DNA of 63,201 nt, filler included, from Collodictyon triciliatum (taxonomy: Eukaryota): assembly GCA_043381765.1 (NCBI GenBank). It is 6 parts of 6 records of this genome, joined end to end, with 100 filler letters (N's around TTAATTAATTAA, not from the genome) between each part and the next. Parts side by side here need not be neighbours in the genome. Positions count along the whole stretch, not along the records: positions 24,990 to 37,374 come from JBHJMP010002186.1; positions 37,475 to 52,478 come from JBHJMP010002187.1; 4 more parts are not named here. One strand, given 5' to 3'. Of this stretch, positions 25,426 to 43,508 are shown piece after piece (position 1 is the stretch's first letter; every line of letters begins with the position of its first letter). The position numbers and the translations under genes are program-made. The notes under the pieces were generated by a model, which saw only the letters and a list, made by a program, of their open reading frames with translations, was not told where the DNA came from and ran no database searches.

Positions 25426-28136
25426 ACTTTGGGTGAATTTGTGTTGGCAACAGACTTGAGATTCGAATGAGGAGTTTGATTTTGGAAATTTTGATGTCAA
25501 TCATCTCAAATGCTGATGGGTATATCTTTGATTGTTCAACATGAAAAAATAAATGAGATGCACTTTTGGGGTATACCATCATGGAATCGACTCTACCTTA
25601 ATAATTTCTCATATTGTGAAAAAAAATCAATATGCACCTGTTGGATAAAAGTAGACACGTATTTTATATGCAAATCAGGTTTCAAATCATGGAGCCATAG
25701 AATTGATGCGAGCCTCATCTCAGGAATACTTTTATTATTTATCGAAAAACATTTTTGTGATTAGATTCTGAGTAAACGTTATTCATAGTTACTTGCGCTA
25801 TAACATGATTAAGTGTGTAGTTGTTGTGCAAGGACATATGTCATCAGATATAGTTATCTTTCTTGTGATATGCTTAGAGCTATTACGTGAATACGTCTGA
25901 CGATATGTTAAGCACACGCTTGATAGACTGCTTTACATATAAATCACCGTAGGCTGGCACATTCGACATGACCATATTGAAACCGATGTGAGCGAGTATT
26001 GGGGAAGACGAAAATAAAATTCCAGAGTAATTATTTTTCAAGAGACTATGCGATAGCTTCAAAGCATGTGAAATCCTGAGCATTTATTTAAAACTTGTTA
26101 ATTTTGAAACAAGCACAGGTAAGCTAACCTTAAGCTCAAATTATTTCATCACGAGATCATTTTTAGAAAAAAAAGAAAAAGAAAAAGAAAAAGAAAAAGA
26201 AAAAGAAAAAGAAAAAGAAAAAGAAAAAGAAAAAGAAAAAGAAAAAGAAAGAAAATCATGAAACTATATTACTTCAGATTTACCTTTCAATCGAATATAT
26301 CATCAATATTAATCCCCACTGATTTACTAGATGAGAGTGGTCGACAACCAGGTTCAGAGACTTTTGGATATCCTTTAATGACCAAGTAAAGTGATATATT
26401 ACTTAACTTTCAATTTTCTACACAGGAATAAATACTGATGATATCCTACGTAAACATACCTGCAGTAGAATTTGGGGCAAATGCGACACTGATGCCGAAT
26501 TAATTGCATCCCAATTCAGTGAGCCTTCAATGGAGAGTCCTTTTGGGACTGAATAGGATGAGATAGAATCTTTGACTGAAAAAATAGAAGGCGGGACTCC
26601 GGAGGCTGGAGATGACATCATTATCTGATAACATATAAAAAAAAAAAACTTAAATAGATATGTTTTGTGATATCAAGATTTCATATTTCATTTAGAAGAT
26701 GAAGGATATGCAAAATTACAATAGGTGGAAATAAACAAGATAAGAAGCAATGCAGAAGGACGATTCATATAATATAATAGTATATAAATTCATAATCACT
26801 TTAGCCCCGACAATATTCTCTAGAACTGTCAAAAACAGGAGGAAATATGATTGTAGCGCGTTGGTAGTCTCCACTTGGCAAAGGGCGTATAGATGACCTA
26901 TAATCGGAGCTAGTAGTCCAGGGTAGTTTAATTCAAGTTCCCGGAGGCAATCACATGCCTATAAGAAAAGGGGTAGATATCAATAACAAAATTAGAATAA
27001 TTGCATTTCAGACTGAGATAACAGTCGATATAGAACTGTATCAGGAGATCGAATGTGTGATATTCATTTCAAATGATCAATTTCTGAACCTGTGCTCTTA
27101 ATATTCGATCTGCTGATGTGTTAGACTCACGCATGAGTTCAATAAGGGAGTATAAAAAGCCTTGAAAGACGGACATATTGTTTTTGATTGTATCCATCTC
27201 GATGAGGATGGCTGTAACAGCTGAAAGCACCTGTTTCGAAAATGAAAGCATTATTCAATATCTCAAATATGGGACAATTTTTTGGTACACCAGTATTATA
27301 TCCCTAAATTATTATATATTTGAACCTGTCCTTTCATGTATATTCCAGACGGACCGTAAGTTTGACCTGAAACAATCTGGCTCAAGGATGCGACAAGTTT
27401 TTCAAAGCTGATAAATTAAAGAAAAAATAAAAATGGGCACAAAAGTACAAAATTTCGAGAAAATACGAGGGGATTACACATATATTTATGAACTTTGAAA
27501 GACAATAAAGCAATCGAGCAGCTAATATGATTTTACAAGCACCCCATTTAATTCACCCTGCCAAGTGGATTGGCATGTATTTAATCTAACACAAACCTGG
27601 ACTCTTCCTTCAAAAGCACTTGGCAATATTCCTGAAGGAAAACGAGAATATTTATCTTGAGAATATCGTCTTTTTCATCCATGCTCTGGAGTAACTCGAT
27701 GGCTGCTTGGAGAACATCCGCGTCTGCGTCCCCGACAGCAATCGTACCTAATTGTTCATAGGACATGTACATTATTACGTGATTGTATTCGCTTTTTAGA
27801 GCAGAAGTGTCTTTTTTTTCTTTTTCCTTTATTCAAAAGAGCAGAAGTGTCTTGGTTATACTTTTCGGTTAACTACCGCTTATTACAGTTCAAAAAAAAT
27901 AATGAGACAGCTGCATTCATAATTCCCACGCTTTCCAATTCCTTTTTCCTCTCCCAAAGAGCAATATCAATTATTTATTTTTTTTAAAAAAAAAAAAGGA
28001 AAAGAATTAAATTTATATTTCGAAAAATAGAATGGTGCAAAAGGAAACCTTGGAAGTCAGTCTCTTCCGCATATTGAAAGCCGCGAATAATGCTGTACCA
28101 GTCCGCACTGGTAAGACCTCCAGAGGGCGCTTGCAT
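25426..28136 (-). CDS. AP5B1: AP-5 adaptor complex subunit beta-1, N-terminal part (3'-truncated)
   Basis: The first exon MQAPSGGLTSADWYSIIRGFQ and the spliced DRILRAQ|ACDCLRELELNYPGLLAPIIGHLYALCQVETTNALQSYFLLFLTVLENIV match the AP5B1 N-terminal motifs (L...DW...I..FQ; ACECLRELE...PGLL...GHL..LCQ.E.T.A.Q.Y.LL). Confidence 0.85.
27798..27853 (-). mobile_element. Ultra-short retro-type insertion, tail family A (24 nt) with 16-bp TSD, in AP5B1 intron 1
   Basis: AGAGCAGAAGTGTCTT at 27798-27813 and 27838-27853. The insert reverse complement is TTTGAATAAAGGAAAAAGAAAAAA. Confidence 0.8.
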
Positions 28137-28926
28137 GCGTGGCAACTAAAAACACTATATGACCGAGCTTCTGATAAGCCGATCAAGTCATTGCCTCTTT
28201 GTCTTCTTTTTTTTTTTTTTTTTTTTCTTTTTTGACTCTGCGAAAGTCTAAACGAAACAAAGGGGAAAAAATGCATGAATTAAAGGAAAAGGGAAACTAC
28301 ATCAAAAAAGTTCAACAAAAAAAAATGAAGATGGACGACACAACACCCAAGAATATAAATGCGTTATTAAAGCATAAGCCCCGCGTTGGAAAGATGAGGC
28401 AGTTCTGCAATTAAAGTCTGAATATTTTAAAATATAAATTCCAGATTGTGAGTTCACAGAGCAGGCAAATATACTATAATTGGAATTTTCCATATGCGGG
28501 ATATTTAGTAAAAATATATTTGGCCCTCATTTGAGCCTAAAAATATAAGCCTCGATATAAATTTTACTAAATATATGATAATAGGTTAGCCATTAAATTC
28601 CTGTGTCTGTCTGTTGCGTTGGCCGAGATTTTCACGAGATTCACGTTTCGTGCAATTGTAGCTGTCTGATCACCACGCTGCACAAGCTTCCATTAGGCCG
28701 CCACCCAAAGAACCCCAACAGTCGCGACAGAGTGAGTGATAGGATAGAATACGCCGCACATTTTACCCCTGAATATGATCATGATCAACTTCCGACACCC
28801 GAAAAGTTGTGGGCGGGCATAGACAAAAAGGTCGGCTCTTGCACCCAGTCTCATCAAACCGAAGCTTTGCTAGGGCACGAATTAGCAGAAAAGGAAGAGG
28901 AGAGATAGCAGGCCACCCTTCCCGTA

Positions 28927-29313
28927 ATGCGGCGAGCCAATCAAGCCATGTTCTCGCCGTCCTGGATACTGTTCCTGACAGCAATGACTGTCTTCTGCGC
29001 TTTGGCCGGCAGTGCGCTTTGGCTGCTGCGGATGCCTTACTTTGCCGTCCTGTTTATCCTGCGTCCGTGGGGAATCGGCACCAAAGCGGCATACCCGTCA
29101 ACAGCAGCACAGTCCGCATCGCAGCTGCATTCCACGAATGAATGGCATTCCCACACCCACACTCATACTCATTCCCACACTCACACTCATACTCACACTC
29201 CGTCGATGGCGGCGCACACACGAGTCTTTGACGGCATGCTCATTCGACCGGGCCTGCCTTCACCGCTTCTGACACGCTTCCGAGTCTCGACCCCAACCGC
29301 TGACGTGGCATAA
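28927..29313 (+). CDS. Hypothetical 128-aa protein with hydrophobic N-terminus and His/Thr repeat
   Basis: GC-rich open frame with a hydrophobic stretch (WILFLTAMTVFCALAGSALWLL...) followed by HSHTHTHTHSHTHTHTHT. No family recognised. Confidence 0.3.
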   Translation: MRRANQAMFSPSWILFLTAMTVFCALAGSALWLLRMPYFAVLFILRPWGIGTKAAYPSTAAQSASQLHSTNEWHSHTHTHTHSHTHTHTHTPSMAAHTRVFDGMLIRPGLPSPLLTRFRVSTPTADVA

Positions 29314-30034
29314 GCATCCTGTGTCATGGACTTGTTGCCGCACCCACCTCCATCACCACCATTTTAATCAAGAAAGAATTGGGACAGCCTCCGGAAAAGC
29401 ATGGTGTTATCCTCTATTTTTCCTGCTTCTCCTTTATGCTTTTATGTCCACTTTCACTGGGTTCTAATAAAGAAAAAAAAAAAACACCTTGCGCTCAAGA
29501 TGAAGACGGCAGCCAACAAGAGGGAACGCAGACAGCTGATGTTGAGATAGGTTTGAAGCAGGAAAGAAACCAAAAAAAAAATGACCAAGATACACAAAAA
29601 AGAAAAAGAAGAAAAGAAGAAAAGAAGAAAAGAAGAAAAGAAGAAAAGAAGAAAAAGAAAAAAAAGGATGAGATATATGTGAAATCTTCTATCCATTGAG
29701 GTCTATTACGGTTTTGTATTTGTCTGATGCCATCAGTAAGCTTCTCTGTTAATTTTTTTTTATTTCATGATATCTTTTGGAGCTGCAAATTAGCCTACGG
29801 CAAGCAGTGGGCAAAGGAACACCAAAGAAGCGTACCCGAGGGCGCAAGAGAGAAAGAGAGGAAGGAAAATATATAATAAGGAAAGTACGACAATTCAAAG
29901 GGTGTAGTGTTGACAATGTGTGGATAGAAGTGTAAAGAGCTAAATATATAAATCAAATCAAATCAGATGAAACAAAATAGCGAGCTAGAAAGAATAAGAG
30001 ACAAGGACAAAGAAGGGGGCCGGTCGAGGGATTG

Positions 30035-31431
30035 CTAAGCACTGTTGAGTATCCAGCCTAGGCTCATCTTCTGGCCAGGCTTGTAGGTTGGGAGGGAGTA
30101 GTCGGGCAGGTGGATGGACTTGATGTTCGGAGACTCGTTGGGCGCATCGGGCGTGTCAATGTGGTCTTCGGGCATCTGAAAGAGCGCCACGCCGTTGACC
30201 TGGATGTGCGGCCTGTTCCTCTTGACCTGCCTCCAGCGGTAGCGGCACTGCTGCCCCGTGCGGCCGGGAATGCAGGACGCAATCTGCATGCCGAATCGAG
30301 CTGTGTCAGACGGACGAATACACCGCAGCAGGCCCGAGACAAGAGAAGGAAGAAAGGAGAAAGAAGATAAAAGATAGAAGAAGGAAGAAAGAAGGAAGAA
30401 AGAAGGAAGAAAGAAGAAAGGATGGAGGATGATTGGTGATGGATGAAACCTTGCTCCAGTTGCCCTCGCCGTGCAGAGAGACGCCCACAACAAGGAGATT
30501 CTCTTCTCGCTGGGTCCACCCGCCCTGGCGGATGCCCGGCTTGACGACGCGATGCCAGCGCTGGCAGCACTGATCGGGCGTCTTGTCGCCCATGGCGCGG
30601 GCAATCGTCTTCCAGCCGCGCAGACTCTCAGTGCCTTCCAGGAGCTGTCATCAAATCGAGGACATTGTACGATTAGCGGCAGAGTAAGCGCTTTGTTGGT
30701 GGTGCAGATGGGGGTTTTTGTGTGGCGATGATTTGGCTTTGAGCGCATCGGTCACGCAAGCAAAACAGTGCAAAGGAAATGAGAAAGGAATAATAATAAT
30801 AATAATAACAACAACAACAACAGAAGCGGGCTTAGCAATGACGTCACAGGTCGAGCCCAGCAAGGATTAGGGAGAAAAAAAAGGAAAGAAAAAAAAAGAT
30901 GGGAGAAAATGAGTGCATCAAACTTTAGAAGGCGGAGACCACAAGAGGGATAGAGGGGGGAAGAAAAGAAAAGAAAAAGGATCATTTTTGTTTGTGAAAC
31001 AAAATTTTCTTTACCTTGCGGAGCTTTTCATCTTCCTCTGGCGTCCAAAAGTGCGGCTTGTTCACAATGCGGGATTTCCTGGGTTGTGCGTGTTGTGCAA
31101 ACAAGTCGCGCTGGCTGTCGCGGTGCACAGTATTGCTCTGCGGATGGCGCGCAAGGGATGCCTCATCAGCGTCAGCATCAGCATCAACATCAACATCGGC
31201 GTCAATGTCGGCGTCTCCATCCGCGTCGGTGTGCGGGTTTGTGTTTGTGTTTGTGTTTGTGAGGGTGCAGGTGTCGTCGTCGGACTCCGAGGCGTGCAAC
31301 CCGGGCAGCGTCTCGGGCGTGTGGTCCCCAGCGGCTGCAGCTGGCGGCGATGCGTGGTGGGCGAGTCTGCCTCGGGACATCTGCATCATGCTGGGCGGAG
31401 GAGCGTGTCCCTGACTGGTTCGCATCATCAT
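30035..31431 (-). CDS. Two-repeat Myb transcription factor, 3 exons (31431-31015, 30644-30450, 30283-30035)
   Basis: Spliced WTPEEDEKLRK|LLE...WKTIARAMGDKTPDQCCQRWHRVVKPGIRQGGWTQREENLL...GEGNWSK|IASCIPGRTGQQCRYRW has regularly spaced Trp residues of two Myb repeats. The start codon is tentative. Confidence 0.9.
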
Positions 31432-33315
31432 GCCGTCTGTTGTGTGGTGCCTTGGGGTGTAGAGCAGGAGGGCTTGGAGGTCGGTCCTGTAACAGCAGCA
31501 GTCTTAGTGGCGGCACATGGGGCAAAGAATCCAATTCATTCGACGGGAGAGAGAGAGAGACAGAGACAGAGACAGTTCAAAAGGCAATGAGGAAACGGAC
31601 TCTAGGAAGCCATGTGACGGGCGGAAAATTATTATTATTATTATTTTAAAATAATTTCGTGAATCAGAGTGGTGGTAGGACATAAGGGGGTGAGTGGGAG
31701 AGACTTGACGGGAGGGAGAAGCTGAGGGAAGCATGGAGGAAAAAGAATGAACCATCAGTGCAGCTGTGTTTCGTGGAATTGTTCGGCAACGACTTAATCT
31801 TCTCCCTCCCACTATATATATATGTACAAATTGCTTTCCAATCAGTTTCCCAGCCACACCACAACACAAAAAATGGGAGCCTGTATGTTTTCCCGCCAGA
31901 GATTTTCCGTTCCTCTCGTCGAAACTTGAATCGAATGAAACGAAATCGTCTTTGATTTATGATTGATTTGTGTTTGAAGCTATATATATATATCAGTTTT
32001 TCTTCTTTAAAATACTCACAGGTTCTTTTTTTCTTTCTTTTTAAAAAAAACTGCATTCAAATTTCCCTTCTCAACTCAGATCCTCATAGGAATTAAGGGA
32101 TTCCTAGGTCATGTTGTCAATCAGGAATATTAAAGTTTATTTTTTTTTAATACGTAATTGACAAAAAAATTCTTTATCGCCACAACAATCACCTTAGTTT
32201 GCTCTCTGGACACTTGCAAGAAGGGCTGATCTGAAATCGATGCACGCACTAAAAGAATGTTGCACAATTGGCGGATTAGGTGACAGAAGTGGGTGAGAAT
32301 ATTCAGTGTAGTTGCTTGATCATTCGCAGAAAATGTACCGAATATCTCGCTCGTGTGGCCTCGCTATTCTTGCATTCTCTTTTGTGCCATCCCTGCCGCA
32401 CCTGGAGAAACTCATGAACAAGGTCTGTGGCAGCTAACCGAGATATGTTCAAGCCCAATGGGCCACCGCGTTTCAGGCAACGAGCGACTCGAACTGTTTG
32501 GCTGGTTGGCCTTTCATCTTTGTTTGCAGATCGCTTTGTTTGACACAACTTTGATCTCGTCGATCAACCGGATGCATTCCCTTTCAAACCAGAAAAAAAA
32601 AAGGAGGCTGTCTTCTGCCGTAGCGGTGCAGGCTAACAACCGCTACGCTCGTTCACATCCGGCTATAAGAGACTAGCTCACGTTTCTTACATCTGGCCGC
32701 CGCGATGCGTGGACAACTTGCAATTCGCATAAGCCAAAGTCCCACGAGGAATTCATTCACAAGATTGTTTCGTCTATTTTTTTTTGGATTTTTTTAAAGA
32801 ATAGTAAAAGAAATTTAACAAATATGTGAAAATTGAAAAGTCACTAACATTTAGCTTAACTTATTCGTTGATTAAATCCTTATTAGGAAATAGTTTAAGT
32901 CGCAGTTAGATTCTGGTTCGACAGATCTATGTTCCATAGTTGGCAAATTTGCACCACAGGCTAATTTAGAATTCCACAAGCGATGAAGGGTGGAGCAGAC
33001 AATGCTATATCTAACATAATCCGCGGTGGTGGCGTTAGACCACAAGGCGAGGGCGCATTGCGTGCTTTCCCATCACACCCAGCGAGTGGCAGTGCAAGAC
33101 AATGAGAACCGCCCAGTACCAAACAAGACATCGCACACATTGCGCAAGAGTATTTAAGCCAGGGTGACTCTTTTGACAAGATCTTTCTTGTGTTTATTTT
33201 CCGTCCTATCTCAGTTGCGCCACACCAAAGAGACTGATGCACACGCCCTTTTTTCTTCCTCCTTTCGTCTCCTCTTGCTGCGAATCAAGGGCAGCCAAAA
33301 CACGCGAGGCAGAAC

Positions 33316-35036
33316 TCAATTGAAGGACGCCATGAATTGTGAGTACTCGTCGTCATCGCCTTCCATGGACACATCCTGGATGTGTTGGCGTGGCTGTGGA
33401 GTGTGCTGCGGTGCTGCTGCTCCATACGCGCCATATTGCTGGCCATAGCTTGTGGCAGCAGCGGGGTGCGAATGGGGATGAGAATACGGAGGCGGACGCA
33501 CGGGTGTTTGCGGCGTGCCGTACGCGCTGTATGCCGACTGGGTGGCGGGCGAAGGCATCGGTGGAGGTGGCGGTTGGTTGTACGAGCCGTATCCGGGTGC
33601 CGGAGAGTTTGCATATGGAGATGGAGGGGGGCCGTACGGGTTGTAGGAGCCTGGGCCTTTCGCTTGCGACGGCAGTGGTGGTGGGGCGTGCGATCGATTC
33701 ACTCCCCCAAAGGGGGCTGGGGACACCGGAGGAGATGGTGGCGGTCCGCGTTGCCACTACAAAATGAAAGTGTGATGATTGTGTGATGATTGTGTGATGA
33801 TTGTGTGATGATTGTGTGATGATTGTGTGATGATTGTGTGATGATTGTGTGATGATTGTGTGATGATTGTGTGATGAATCAAAGCTGACTGATGGCGCAG
33901 CATAAGCTCCTGAGGAGGAAGGAGGCAATGGTGGAGGGGTGCTGCTGAAGCCGCTGGGGATGGGAGGCGGGGGTGGAGCGCCGAGTTGCAGGGGCAGGGG
34001 CGGCGGGGGGCGCGAAAATGGAGAGGCGCCTTGCATGAAGCCTGAGGACTGTCCTCCACTGCCTGTGGAAATAGAAGACGGGCCTTTCGATTCGCCCAGT
34101 TCAGCCATGAAGCTCTCGTACTCAGCGTCGATGGCGGGATTGTTCTTGATTTCTGTGGTTTGAGTGGGCTGTGAATCATTCTTTTCTTTCAATTTTTTTT
34201 AAAATATCTCGGGTAGTATTCATAGTGAGCTATTTTAGCATATGTAATAAGGCAGATTGTCGAGCGCAAATTTGGTCTCTTCAGGATTTGCTATTTGGAT
34301 TCCTTTTTCTTCTTTTTTTCTTTCAGGCAAATTACCTTGGTTTGTACAATCTTTGGTGATATGCGATGTTTCGCCACAAATAGCACATCGTACATCAGCA
34401 GGCTTCCAGTTGACGCCACCGCGGTCGGGACAATTCCAGAATCGATGTCCGATGGCACCACATGTGCGACATATTTCTTCCTCCCTGAGAGTTCCTAAGG
34501 ATAATTTTTTTTTTGTTTTAATAAAACTAAGCAAATGAAGGTAGAAAGAAAGAAAACTTCGTTTGTGTATATCAAACATAGCTTACTACGAAACTAAGAT
34601 ATTATTGATATTTGAACCACACAAAATGCCATACAATGGTGAGTTATATTTCTTATTGCGTGCTCAAAACAAAGCAAAACAAAGCAAAACAAAGCAAAAC
34701 AAAGCAAAACAAAGCAAAACAAAGCAAAACAAAGCAAAACAAAGCAAAACAAATTAAAGCAAAGCAAAGCAAAGCAAAACAAAACAAAGCAAAGCAAAAA
34801 CTCCAATTCTAATGCTGTGGACATTGTCAACATGAATAAGCTCCAATAGAAAAAAAACCGTTGATTGATGCCAGTTCTCTAAGCTGTTGTCGCTTGTGTT
34901 CGTTCTTTCCTTCTTCAATGGGGACCAATAGAGCCCGAACCATTTTTTCGGCCTTTCGGATCTGCTCATCTGTGTCAGCAATCAGCAAGACATGAAGTTT
35001 CTCGTCCTCTCCGGGATTGAGCTTTCCGTCTTTTCT
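33316..35036 (-). CDS. SF1: Splicing factor 1 / branchpoint-bridging protein, 3' part (KH end, QUA2, two zinc knuckles, Pro-rich tail)
   Basis: [12 protein letters not shown]...[40 protein letters not shown]...[16 protein letters not shown] and [13 protein letters not shown] are SF1/BBP hallmarks. The 5' exons are missing. Confidence 0.92.
33770..33877. repeat. (GTGTGATGATT)n 11-mer minisatellite in SF1 intron
   Basis: About ten tandem 11-nt units. Confidence 0.95.
34666..34799. repeat. (AAAACAAAGC)n repeat in SF1 intron
   Basis: Visible 10-mer units. Confidence 0.9.
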
Positions 35037-35495
35037 CTGTATCAAGAGGGTGTCAGATAAATATANNNNNNNNNNNNNNNNNNNNNNNNNNNNNNNNNNN
35101 NNNNNNNNNNNNNNNNNNNNNNNNNNNNNNNNNNNNNNNNNNNNNNNNNNNNNNNNNNNNNNNNNNNNNNNNNNNNNNNNNNNNNNNNNNNNNNNNNNNN
35201 NNNNNNNNNNNNNNNNNNNNNNNNNNNNNNNNNNNNNNNNNNNNNNNNNNNNNNNNNNNNNNNNNNNNNNNNNNNNNNNNNNNNNNNNNNNNNNNNNNNN
35301 NNNNNNNNNNNNNNNNNNNNNNNNNNNNNNNNNNNNNNNNNNNNNNNNNNNNNNNNNNNNNNNNNNNNNNNNNNNNNNNNNNNNNNNNNNNNNNNNNNNN
35401 NNNNNNNNNNNNNNNNNNAAAAGAAAAAGAAAAGAAAAAGAAAAGAAAAAGAAAAGAAAAAGAAAAGTAAAAAGAGAAGTAAAAAGAGAAATAAC

Positions 35496-36704
35496 ATAGA
35501 AAGGAGAGAAAGTGTTCTCACACGTAGACTATTCTATCCGAAGCGAATCAGCTCCAACGTGATTTCTGGTTGTGTTCGAGACTGACAGAAGAGCGGATAA
35601 AATTGCCGGGTCGATGAAAGTACGCACATGGTAGTTTCTTATCAAACCGATTCCGACGAGTCCTTTCAACCATCTATCTCAGACAAGATTTACACCCTAT
35701 TTTATTCCACTGGATGAGTCTTTTGAGGAGACAACGGGTCACTTTCCTTGCGTTTCTTGCTGGGCGACTCTGACAAGAAGCGATATATCGTTGTTTGTCT
35801 GGTATTATCGGAAGTGGCGCTTGACCGTCCCCTGTTTTCGGAATCGCGCGTAGCTGGCAGTGGACTTTGCTCAACCGGAGTATGTCTATGCGTTTGTGAT
35901 TTTAGAAACATACACTCCTGCTTACTCGGACTGTCTTTGGTGTGTGAAGTTCCAAGCTTGGATTCGACTTGTGGTGTTTGCTCTTGCTCCTTGGTTCTCG
36001 GTGCGACGGGCTGGGGCAGAATAAACGGACTATCTTTGGTGGGCGCTGGTTCTTATGTTGCCTTCGCTTTGGAGTATCCTTTCGGATAAGTAACGAAGAC
36101 TGCCTTGAGGCCTCCTATGTTAACCATATTCACGTCAGTCTGAATGGGTAGTTTAAAGAGGGATTTCTTTCGGGGTTTGGAAATGCGCTGCTCTTGGGTC
36201 TAGCGATGTGTGGGCTTGTCCGGTGTTGGCGGTGGAAGGCTCGAGTGCGAAGATTCTATAGAGGAACCGAGATTTCCTTTCCATGTCATTGTCGCTGTCG
36301 CTGCCTGCGCGTATCTGCTGTGAGTCTTGCAGAATCTGTTGTTGCCTGGCCTCGGCTTCCTTGACGCTGTTGCTGCCTGTCTGCTTGGCAGGTGTATTCT
36401 TTTGTGGGGCTTTTACTTGTCGTTCGTTGTTCGCGGCTGGCGGACGCTCTTTGAGGATGCTTTGGACTTTTTTACCCATGACCGTAAACTTTGCAGGAGC
36501 TGGTTCTTATGACATAGAAGCTTCACCACGGCCGTGTCTGTGAAGAAGCCTTTGTCCTTTTTGATCTCCACGTGGGTCGGTCTGAACGGTTTCAGCTCCT
36601 CACGAAGGAGTTGCGGCTACACGTCCAGCGTTAGTTGGTTGAACATCACCGAGGTCTTTGTTGGTTTACTTCTGCTGAAAGCTGCTAATAATTTTTTTCG
36701 ACCA
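35496..36704 (-). mobile_element. Decayed L1/Tx1-like ORF1 fragment, copy 2
   Basis: Colinear with 62103-63201 over about 1.1 kb and with 18990-19485. It has many frameshifts and stops. Confidence 0.75.
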
Positions 36705-37374
36705 TTTTTTTATTCTACCTTTCAATTTTGTGCAAGATGGTGAAGATGTTGGCTTTGGTTCGCTAGCCATCGTTTGCATGGGCGCTACTTGTTGGCTGAG
36801 AGGCGGAGAAGTTGTCGGTAATCAGGAATTGCATCCTGCGGTTTGGCCTGTAGCCTGAGTCTTGTGCTTGCATGAGAGATACAAGGCGAGGTTGAATATC
36901 TCTTTCTCAGCCTCCTTCCACATGTCTCTTCTCACGGGGTCTGAGTAGTAGAGAACGCGCAGGTGGCGAAGAAAGCTATTGAGGAAAGAGATTTGTATGA
37001 TATCATTCAGCCTGTTATCAGGAATGGGTGGCTGGTTGCTGAGTCTCGCTTTGTGTGAGTATATGCGCGCTATCCACATAGTCCATAGCAAATGGCCTCG
37101 CGTCACTGCCCAGAATGTTTTTGCATCTGGATACTGCTGTTGAAGAGGCCCAAATATCGCCTGGATTGGGCCAACAGCCGCAGCCGTCTTGAGTGTCAGT
37201 CGAAGAGTCTCGCCGGCTTTTTGCACAGGTTTTGAGCGAAGGGACATTGCACAAATGTGTGCTCAATGGGTTCACCACCGTTGCTGCAAAGTGTGCATTG
37301 TTGGGAGACTTTGCCAGCTTTTGCCGCGCGTGTGCCTATCCATAGCTCCCTATTGGTGATATTAAGCATTAGAG
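36705..37374 (-). mobile_element. L1/Tx1-like non-LTR ORF2 C-terminus, 3' UTR and A-tail (family B parent)
   Basis: CCHC motif CTLCSNGGEPIEHTFVQC, then after a frameshift GHLLWTMWIAR (LW.IW..R motif), a stop at 36822, and ...CACAAAATTGAAAGGTAGAATAAAAAAA. Confidence 0.85.
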
Positions 37375-37474
37375 NNNNNNNNNNNNNNNNNNNNNNNNNN
37401 NNNNNNNNNNNNNNNNNNTTAATTAATTAANNNNNNNNNNNNNNNNNNNNNNNNNNNNNNNNNNNNNNNNNNNN
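37375..37474. other. Artificial scaffold linker
   Basis: N44-TTAATTAATTAA-N44. Confidence 0.95.
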
Positions 37475-37754
37475 CATGAAAAGAAAAAGAAAAAGAAAAA
37501 GAAAAAGAAAAAGAAAAAGAAAAAGAAAAAGAAAAAGAAAAAGAAAAAGAAAAAGAAAAAGAAAAAGAAAAAGAAAATCACAATTTTAAGCGATAAGAAC
37601 ACAAGAGCATGCATATAATAAAATCTTTTTTTTTTCAATTAAAAAGGCATTCAGTAAAAATGATGATAGTCAATCGATTATTTTCAAAATAAGTTCTTTC
37701 TAAAAAAACCTCCATATTATCATGTGCCAGCTTTTCGTTCTCGTTGCATATCAC

Positions 37755-43508
<5,754 letters not shown>

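Noticed and set aside
32200-33200. GC-richer intergenic DNA that might hide an ncRNA
   Set aside because: No tRNA, snRNA or snoRNA motifs recognised; an Infernal/Rfam scan would be needed.
33770-33877. Regular 11-mer array considered as CRISPR-like
   Set aside because: The units are contiguous with no spacers; this is an intronic minisatellite.
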